A stretch of 64,000 nucleotides of DNA, from contig CM120646.1 in the NCBI GenBank assembly GCA_051362555.1, positions 19,344,001 through 19,408,000 of the forward strand. Direction: 5' to 3'. Position 1 is the stretch's first letter. Each line of letters opens with the position of its first letter. The notes beneath the pieces are model-generated. The model was not told the DNA's origin. It saw only the letters and a list, made by a program, of their open reading frames with translations, and did no database searches. The stretch is from Lingula anatina. Its lineage: Eukaryota; Animalia; Brachiopoda. A program made the position numbers and the translations under genes. Positions 56,001 to 64,000 of the stretch are shown here, in pieces.

Positions 56001-56186
56001 AATATTTCAGAGAGAGAGAGAGAGAAAGTCCAGCCCTTGCTGTGGGCAGTAAGAATAGGAAATATTAGGACAAATTTTTTACTGCATTTGTGCCTTTTCT
56101 TCCTCCAGGTACTGAAGACCCACCCTGATTACCCCAAGATTAGGAAAGATATCTTAGACAAAGCAAGACAGAGCTTACGGGTGTGA
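38330..56186 (+). CDS. TTC21B: Tetratricopeptide repeat protein 21B / IFT139 (IFT-A subunit), complete, ~33 exons
   Basis: Starts MAETDSVTL|[16 protein letters not shown]. Recognisable segments: [72 protein letters not shown] and [23 protein letters not shown]. Ends [25 protein letters not shown] (TGA 56184-56186). The junctions I checked are GT-AG and in frame. Confidence 0.95.
43085..43487. repeat. 40-bp minisatellite in a TTC21B intron
   Basis: Unit ACAATCTCCGTACAACCAACACATTGCTGTCACATCTAAC, with about 7 near-perfect copies (43203-43487) preceded by degenerate copies. Confidence 0.9.
46808..47140. mobile_element. Kolobok-like MITE (333 bp)
   Basis: Perfect 19-bp TIR AGGGATAATAACTCTTCGT (46808-46826 and 47122-47140), flanked by TTAA on both sides. 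5'-RR termini with a TTAA TSD fit Kolobok rather than piggyBac (CCY ends). Confidence 0.8.
52589..53152 (-). CDS. Nested antisense intronless ORF, 187 aa, coiled coil plus C-terminal transmembrane anchor (putative gene or retrocopy)
   Basis: An ATG-initiated 564-nt ORF in AT-rich DNA. It has a heptad-like segment [41 protein letters not shown] and a hydrophobic tail [26 protein letters not shown]. It lies in TTC21B intron 51347-54749. Confidence 0.55.
   Translation of the reverse strand: MNRSNTLLSSIDFFKTVTTQSMASKNGEYKACTCRQTKMVEKLFKLKTEQIEIKEEVEIVSTPNQTRALLGQNRGETDDYTTDSDLQIENLKQANEAYKRENKELLERCRLLEREKVDLQNNLQNFRNQEAQQVSEDTQTQNSSMKGLFTKKLPDSLNKQKIAFVGMITVLLISMLIPVFARFFSSF
54452..54676. mobile_element. 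hAT-like MITE (copy 2)
   Basis: Ends CAGTGGCAGTTTTAGG...CCTGGATTCGCCCCTG. The internal blocks CTCTTGAAATTAGAATTT and CCCCTTCAAATAATCCTGGA are shared with 16175-16439. Confidence 0.65.
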
Positions 56187-58596
56187 GGCATCTAGAAAAT
56201 GCATGAACTTTACATTCCCAGATTTAAGTAAATATGGCGAGGCTCAGAACTCAATTACTTTCACTGTCCCCATGGACGCATTATGTGAAGTTTTGCACTC
56301 TGTTAAGTTATAAAGTTCCAAATGTTACCTTTGAAAGAGGAATACAGAGAAATAAGGCAACAGAAAAAGACAAAATTTTAATGGTGTGGACATTGTCTTT
56401 GTTCTTTTTTTTATGTGTTATTTATTTTTAAACTTTTGTTAATGAGATACCTTTAGACTTGAAATATATTTTGATATTTACCTAAATGGACAGAATTTGA
56501 GTAGATGCATTTATTTTATAGAATTGTGGCAATTATTTGTCATAAAGCTGTGTGCTGAGAAAGATATATCATTGTATTGATCCGTCCTAATGTACAGCCC
56601 TATAAAAAGTTGTATATGATTTATGTATTAAATAAGAATACATTTCCTTATTGATAATTCTGCTTTTGTTGTATAACTGTATTTTAGAATAATGATCATA
56701 ATGTTCGAATGTTCAATTTGGAAATAATCATTCAATGAATGACAAATGGAAGCTTTTGAAAGCTTTTGCAAGTACAAGAAAAGCATGATAAAGACTGGCT
56801 TGTTTTACAACTCCTGAGCCATTTCAGTAATGCCATAATCTACCCTGTGTGGGATCGACATTTTCCTGTTTAAATATTCTCCTTGTACCACTCCCATTCA
56901 TCATCTGCGTCTTTTACAAGTCCATTAGGGGTGACACTTTTTGGAGGTGGAGTATATTTAGTGAATGTCGATTAGATTGTTTAGAATTTTCACGTTTTCT
57001 AAATTAAATGTATGTAAAAGTTAAGTGAATAGTCAAAGTCAATTTGAATATAATCATCTTAAAAGTGATCACAATAATGTTTTAAAAGTAAGATTTGCAT
57101 TACCATTGTCTGTCTCAAAGACACCGCATTTGCGACCGCAGGCATCACAAACAAGCTATACTGGAAACTATCATATTATATTGGCGGACATTTTGGAAAA
57201 GGTATCACGAGCACTTGCTCCACCAAAAATGCTTTTGTAAGATGTCATTTTGATCTTTACATATCAATCTCTCTTTTATGCTTGACACGCATTAAAATAT
57301 TATTCACCTTAAAATCGTTTTACGCATGACAAACAATGTCACTATTAAACTAAAGGTATGTATATAGACAGTTCATCCGTTGTTCACGTCAAACATATTT
57401 CAGTGCACATAACGCCGCAGACTCCCCTCCTCCCTCATTTTCCCATAAAAAAGGAAGAAAATAGAGCATGCTTCAAAGGACAATAAAACATGTTTCTATA
57501 CTAAGTCCTAAAAAGGCTCTAAATTAAAAAAAAGGTAGGCTCTTAGAGGCCTTCAGAGAGAAAATGCATTGCTAATGAAAAGACATGGAGGATTGATTTG
57601 GAAAGTTGTTACTCGATAACCGCAAGTCCACCGAACAATGCCTGTAAAATGCGTGGATTGCGCAATTCAAAGTCACAAAAAGGGTTATAAACAAACATTG
57701 TCTCAGACTAAGGGTGAACAAATATAACACTTGGACACAGCATCAGTCAATCCATCATGTTTTATCTTTTTGAAACCCCAGCGAAAAAAGGAAAGCATCG
57801 AGTTAGAAGTCGTTTGCCTTTACACGCAAAGGGGATTGACCTCATTGTCCACTCAGTAGTTGCATGATATAAATGACTGTCGTCCGAAGACTTTGACATC
57901 AGATAGCCTTTTGTGTTGCCCTTTTAAAATATGGCATATTTTGGACAGTCACCTACAAAGCAGTTAAATGATTGTAGTAAGTCTAATGTCTTTTTGACTT
58001 GCAGCACCGTTTAAAAAAACAATTACCAACGTGAAGCAGCGGACCAAATCAATGAGCTAGTTTCACATATCTGCATAGTTCACTGACGAGATATACTAGC
58101 ACATGTCCACGTTAAAATTGCCCACTGCTCAGGATCCGTGATCTTCTAGAGCCCTATCTCTCTTCAAATGGCATGATCATGGATTTTCCTCTGCATAATA
58201 ATAATATTAATAATAATAATCTGGATACACATGCTCTTCTTGGAGTGAATCAAAATGCACCGACAGATTCCCATGCACTCAAAATCTCTTCAGGTTTTGT
58301 TCTTGACGTTTTTTGTGAATTGTAACACATACACACACACACACACTTAAATGTGCATCTTTCTAACCTGATACATATGTATGTCCCCTTTGCTGTTCCG
58401 ATTTGCATCTTCTGGTTAACCTTTGAATCAAAAGTGCACATAGGGTCAGTAAATAGCTTCTTGTGGTAAAAAGATACGCCCCAAAAGATCGAGTAATGGC
58501 TCGTACATGTGCGTAAATACCATGTAAGATGAGATTAAGAGTTGTCTAACTTTTGGGCGTCTTCATTCTTCTGCAGACAGCCACTGAGCCAGTCTT

Positions 58597-61500
58597 ATGT
58601 ATTCCACCATGGGTGCCTTGCTGGTTCTGATTGCACTGATGACGGCAACTCGTTCTCTCAGCGGTGTAAGTACATGTCATCAACAAAATAGTAATAGAAA
58701 GGATACGCAATTTCAAATAGAAATGGAAATGTATATGATTTCCTATTCAACTTTTATACTCGTTCGGTCCAAAGCGAAAATAATCAATGACGTCTTTCCC
58801 TTTAGGCAAACCATCGTTTTGTTAACGTGTACGACTTCAAAGATTACGCGAAAAATCATCTTCACCCACACGCCTACAATTACATCGAAAGCGCTTTCAC
58901 GCAAAGACAGACGTACGACGAGAACATCGATGCTTTCAAGACATTTCTTCTACGGCCAAGGCTTCTGCGAGATGTGAGCCATATTGATACAAGTACAACT
59001 GTTCAAGGACAAGCAGTAGATATCCCAATAGGTGAGTTTTATATCCGCTGTGAAGTATACTTTATTTATATCATAAAGTAAACATTTTCAACTGTTACAA
59101 AGAGACGACAATATTTTACTGCACTTTTGATGTTATTGGAATGTGTTGTCTAAAACTTATCTTGTAGAATAAGTTTTTGATAAAGGGACCTAAACATTTG
59201 CATAGTTTTTGCATATTGAGAATGTCTTATCTAACGTCAGTAATGGTGACGACGTTAATCCAATTCAACTGCAATTCAATTTATCCCTTTACTGGTACAT
59301 TACAAAACTTTAAAGGGAGACTTAATGATCTTTGTTGGCATTGTTAAATACTTTGAATAATTTGTCAATTGCTGATGTGAAATAATCTGAAAACGGATTT
59401 TGCGAAACAATTCCTAAAAATTAATTTTGGTCGCCTTTGCAGTATTTTCGAGTATGTCAACTGGTACAAGTTCAAATGCTCACTTATTTTAACTCAAACC
59501 ATTATGACATTCTTGAAGAAGACAGGTTCTGGTGCACATATAGCGTTGGGATATGAACTAGTAAGATGACGTTTTCTTTCCAGGCATTTCCCCGACTGCT
59601 TTTCATAAATGGTTCCATCCAGAAGGAGTGGTAGGCACGGCGTCGGGTGCCGCTGCCAAAAACGCCCTCATGATCCTCTCTCAGGATACGGGCACACCGT
59701 TGGAGGAGGTAGACAGGGCGGTTCCACACGGACATCGTTGGATGCAGGCGTACATGGTGAAGCCAAGGAGCGACATGCTAAGGCACATTAGGAGGGTTGA
59801 AGCGGCTGGTAAGAATTAGTCGAAAAACACTCTTTAGCACAGGAAGACCTGGACCCCGTATCTCGAAAGCTTCGCTGTGTTGCGCACGTGCGCAAGCGTC
59901 TCAATTCCATAACTCGACCATACTCGTCCCATTTAATACATTGTAGCCTCTATTTGATATAGCGATTCGCAATACGCGATGCTTTCGAGATACGGGGCCC
60001 TGAAGATTTTGCAGCTGCTGAAGTTGTAATTGAAATGCCTTTTTTCTTTTTAATTTGGTGAGCTGAAGTATAGACTAGGCAATTTTTATGACCGATATTA
60101 TTTGTTGAAAACTCACTCCAATTTAATATTACAAAACATCACTTCTAAAAAGTAGGTTTAACTTTTTATATGCATTGTAGGTTACCAGGCCATAGTGCTA
60201 ACCATAGATGATGTAGCCTTCAGACGGATATCTTACACTTCTTTACGGGGTGAATTCGAATTTCCCGCCTCGTTCGACTATGTCAACCTTCCTAGACCAG
60301 TGATTGGTGGCACCATAGACGACGCTGATTATCAAATCAACACAGTCACATGGGACGATGTTGATTGGTTGAAAAACGTGACACGTCTTCCAATCATTCT
60401 CAAGGGAATTTTAACCCCAGAGGATGCCGAACTTGCGGTGCGCCATGGTGTAGATGGCGTGTATGTATCCAACCACGGTGGCCGGTGAGTAATACGCAGA
60501 TTGTGTTTATTACATTTCTCTAATTAATAATTTAAATCTTTGAACACACGTAAGATGTAAATTGCAAGGTCCCTACCAAACGGTTCATTTGATTTCACCA
60601 AAATTAATAATATTGTTGCAGTACACTTGATGGTAGTGCAGCCACTATCAATGCCCTTTGGGATGTGGTACGTGCCGTTAGGTGACGATGCGAGGTTTAC
60701 CTAGACGGAGGAATTCGGAACGGGAGGGACGTTTACACGGCGCTAGCTCTAGGTAGGTGACAGGAAAAACAATATAGCGATTATGAGAAGCTGGGCTTTA
60801 TTTCGCTATGTTATCGAAATAGATTCCCTACAAAAAAGTGTCTCCTCGAATGCAGTGCGTTAAGTGATAGGCTACAGAAAATCATGTCACGAACCATTGT
60901 CCTTTATCCAACGTCTTTATGGATTTTTTATGCAAATTTTTTCTGATTGTACAACCATTTGAATAAAATGATCATAATAAAAATCTAAACCCACATTTTT
61001 GTATTTTGTGCAGTACCTTCTGGATTGGAGGACGTACTTGGCGCGTCTGGGCGTAGAGTTAAAAAGTTCTGTAACGTTTGCGCAGTGATGGCGTTCCACA
61101 TACAGTTCAAAGATAGTATGATATCATTTTCATTTGCATACGTATCTCTCCGTTATCGATTTCTGGGGATATCCTACATATTCTTAGTGATATTCTAATC
61201 TAGGGATTGAGCTGGCCTTTGGGGGCTCTGATCTGGTTGGCATATAACTAGCTTACAGTTGCATGGGCTGTACGTGTAGAAGCAGCTTCATGCTAAGACA
61301 TAAATAGGTGACCAATGCGAGCTCATCTCCATCATAGTGGCCGATACACCACCTGCATGCCTTATGTGGGATGCGTCCTGTCGACCAGAGACAGAAATTT
61401 GGGAATATACTTATTACCAGCTGTTCCAGAAAGCCTTACGCGTCCATAAATTCTGAAAACGCCCAACCTGCTTTTATCTGCCCATGTGCCTTTTCGGTTA

Positions 61501-62488
61501 TGATGTTGCCTTACCCTCTGAATGGATCTCATGGAAGAACCCAACCTTCTGACAATTCGGCGGATCAAAACTCCCTCCTATGTCAACCGCTTGGTAAAAA
61601 GTTATCCTTCTAACTGAGAATCTGCATATTGTAAAAAAATTGATGTTAGAGTATTTCAATGGTTCCGCTAGGTAGGTCATTGTTCTGTTACTCATATCCC
61701 CAATTCGCATGCAAGATTGCCTGATTGTTATGTAATAGTAAAATTAAAACTACCATCACATTTACAGTACCCTTTTAGCAATGTACACAATCGCGGTAGG
61801 GGTGACACTTTTTTGCCAGGTGAGTATATATTCATAGATTGCCTTACACTGTAGCAAACCTAGGGTGCAGAACGGATGGAATGGATCGGATCTTAAGTAT
61901 AATTAGGTGAAGAATGGAGTTATACAAAGTTCATAAGTTTCAGTTAATCCGAAAAAAAAGAACTGCTCTAAAAATATGTTTGAGATGAACAAAAATTGAA
62001 TTACGTGTAGAAGGCATAAAGTGTATGTGTAGGATGTGTAACGATATGTTTTTTCGTCTCTATTCAAGGAGCCAAAGCAGTTTTCATCGGTCGTCCTGCT
62101 ATCTATGGTCTAGCCACTAACGGCTCCCAGGGTGTTCAAGACGTACTTGACATATTAACCAACGAACTAGAAAGCACCATGGCGCTCACAGGTAAAACTA
62201 CTGCAGTACTTTGTTCTTTTTTTGTAACTGGATGCGTAAATCGTGTGCGTGTCATTACCTAAGTGAATCCTTCTTTTTCCTACTTACCGTTGATTCGAGA
62301 AAAAGGAACATAATTTGTTTCTTTCCAGTAACATTGTCTCTTGAATGTCATTCTAAATTTCAGGCGTGACCCGAGTATGTGATATCAGCCCTTCCTATGT
62401 GGTGAAACAAAGTTACTACGAGACTCTGAGCAAATCATCAATTCGCCAGTTTTCATCAAATCTCCTTTCAGCTAATTTCTTGGGATAA
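58597..62488 (+). CDS. FMN-dependent alpha-hydroxy-acid oxidase (HAO/glycolate oxidase family) with N-terminal signal peptide; one in-frame TGA (possible pseudogene or null allele)
   Basis: Exons 58597-58665, 58806-59031, 59584-59808, 60181-60484, 60622-60752, 62069-62191 and 62364-62488. Motifs: [48 protein letters not shown] and AVFIGRP. The TGA is at 60683-60685, and the C-terminus is ...SANFLG* with no SKL. Confidence 0.88.
59852..59999. mobile_element. PIF/Harbinger-like MITE (148 bp) in HAO intron 3
   Basis: TIRs GACCCCGTATCTCGAAAGC and GCTTTCGAGATACGGGGCC, with a 3-bp CTG duplication at 59849-59851 and 60000-60002. Confidence 0.75.
60820..61826 (-). mobile_element. Decayed Tc1/mariner element in HAO intron 5
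   Basis: Minus-strand fragments resemble Tc1 transposase: a PAQSLD*NITKNM relic of WPxxSPDLNPIEN (~61170-61215), [12 protein letters not shown]...TKY resembling the SMPRR...TKY C-terminus (~61000-61070), and a GRVR segment (~61440). The imperfect inverted ends are CAAAAAAGTGTC and GACACTTTTTTG. Confidence 0.65.
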
Positions 62489-63912
62489 ATATCCTCACTT
62501 AACACTCAAAGAACGTATCTTGGTAAACAATTACATCATAGATTCCCCTTCGTTTCAAATAAAATGGTGGAGACAACTTATTCGCCATCCAAAAACGGAA
62601 AATAAAACACACTATGAGGCATACTACTCTTGCAGTGCTTAAAATACCTAAAGATCGAAGTAATGGAAAACGAATTGTTAACGATTAATAACGAAATAGG
62701 CAATTCGTTATTAACACTACGGTTGTTACAGAATTAGCACACGCAAAGACTCGTGTATGTGTAGAATCAGTCTATCGGTCGAATTTTAATTGTTGGTGGC
62801 TATTTGAAAATCCTGGAGTTGAAAGGGGACATCGAGAGTGATATGGCTTTCTTACACCTGCAATGGGGACGATATTGTGGACGACACGATGCCCTTGTTG
62901 TCCAGCAGGCAGTTGCATGTTATAAATGATTGAAGACTAATGAATAAATGTATATGGTTAGTCTAATGTTTGACTTGTAGTGTATTCCAAAAATAACTTA
63001 AGTAAACACTTGCAGCGTAAAGCAGCAGACTGAATCACTATCTTTACATCTTTACAGGCCTAATCTATTCGTAGGTCGCTGACCGCTCACTGCTCAGGCT
63101 GTGTTATCGTCGAAAGCCCTTACATTCTACAACTGGCGTGAACGTGACAATTTATTCTATCTAAACATCAGCATTTTCCTGCTTTATAAATTTAATTGAA
63201 AACGTAACGATAGATTTTAATTTACGCAAATACATTTGATTGCAGTATTTGCTGAATGGTTCCCCCCCCCCCCACACACACACACACACATACACACCCA
63301 AAATTTATATCCTAACGAGTCTGAAATACCCCCTATCCTGTTCTAAATAACCCTATCACATAAACTATTACCATGAAATAAAAAGACTGAATAATTATAT
63401 TAAAGTTTTTCAAACTCCACGCAAGCTTCAGCGCTTTGAACAATAATAATACATGTCATCCAAAGTTACCTGTAATTGGGAGAAATGCTTAGTGTAGGTA
63501 GAATGAAAATAGTTTATCATTTAAATTTACGATGTTTTCTCAAATTCAATGTCGTTTAAAAGTCGATTGCAACGAAATCATGTTTAAATTGACCAAAATA
63601 ATGATTTCAAGAATGAGTGTTAAAACTTGTTATAAAATTGTGAATGTCCATTTTAACGTCTGATCGCATGTGCAGTGACAGTTCATGCATTCTACAGAAT
63701 AGGGATTGCGATGGCTATAAGGACAAGGAGTCCATTAGACTATTTAGAGTAATTTAGAGTAAATGGCTTTTGGCGGTAAACAAAGGCATCTTTTCTGTCA
63801 CAAGGTCGAGTAATGGCTCCTACAAGGGTACTATATAAGATAAGATCAAGAGTTTTTTTTTTACTTTTGGACGTCTTCATATTTCTACAGACGGTCACCA
63901 CGAGTCTCGTGA

Positions 63913-63981
63913 ATGTATTCCGCCATGGGTACCTTCGTGGTATTAATTGCACTGATGACGTCGACTGTTACTGTCTGCAGT
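63913..63981 (+). CDS. First coding (signal-peptide) exon of a tandem paralogue of the HAO-like gene; remainder outside window
   Basis: 69-nt exon MYSAMGTFVVLIALMTSTVTVCS|gtaagtacatgt. It has the same length, phase and donor context as 58597-58665 ([23 protein letters not shown]|gtaagtacatgt), and the upstream non-coding blocks are also duplicated. Confidence 0.8.
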
Positions 63982-64000
63982 GTAAGTACATGTTATTTAC

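Noticed and set aside
62420-62488. C-terminal extension of the oxidase as a GPI-anchor signal
   Set aside because: [19 protein letters not shown] lacks a sufficiently long terminal hydrophobic stretch.
60683-62700. Selenocysteine reading of the in-frame TGA
   Set aside because: The aligned residue in HAO is Gly, not Cys, and I see no convincing SECIS (ATGA...AA...GA stem) after the stop at 62488. SECISearch would be the formal test.

Overview
AT-rich, intron-rich metazoan (invertebrate-like) genomic DNA; the organism cannot be fixed from the sequence. All gene models were assembled by eye from GT-AG junctions and frame continuity. From left to right: (1) the last four exons of a clan-2-like cytochrome P450; (2) a cluster of three paralogous two-coding-exon genes for secreted proteins, each built from three tandem C-Xn-CC-X5-C-X-C-Xn-C modules, a family I do not recognise, with a 3.4-kb Academ-like DNA transposon in the intron of the first; (3) a ~720-aa minus-strand protein with seven CSPP1/CCDC66-like (W/F)GxxGxGAP motifs, head-to-head with (4) a complete TTC21B/IFT139 gene, whose largest intron holds an antisense intronless ORF for a coiled-coil, tail-anchored protein; (5) an FMN-dependent alpha-hydroxy-acid oxidase (HAO-like) gene that has an N-terminal signal-peptide exon, lacks a PTS1 and carries one in-frame TGA, followed by the first exon of a tandem paralogue with the same signal-peptide exon. 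Several MITEs, a Tc1 relic and tandem repeats are also present. The strongest novelty candidates are the tandem, apparently secreted hydroxy-acid oxidases and the triple-module cysteine-rich secreted family.
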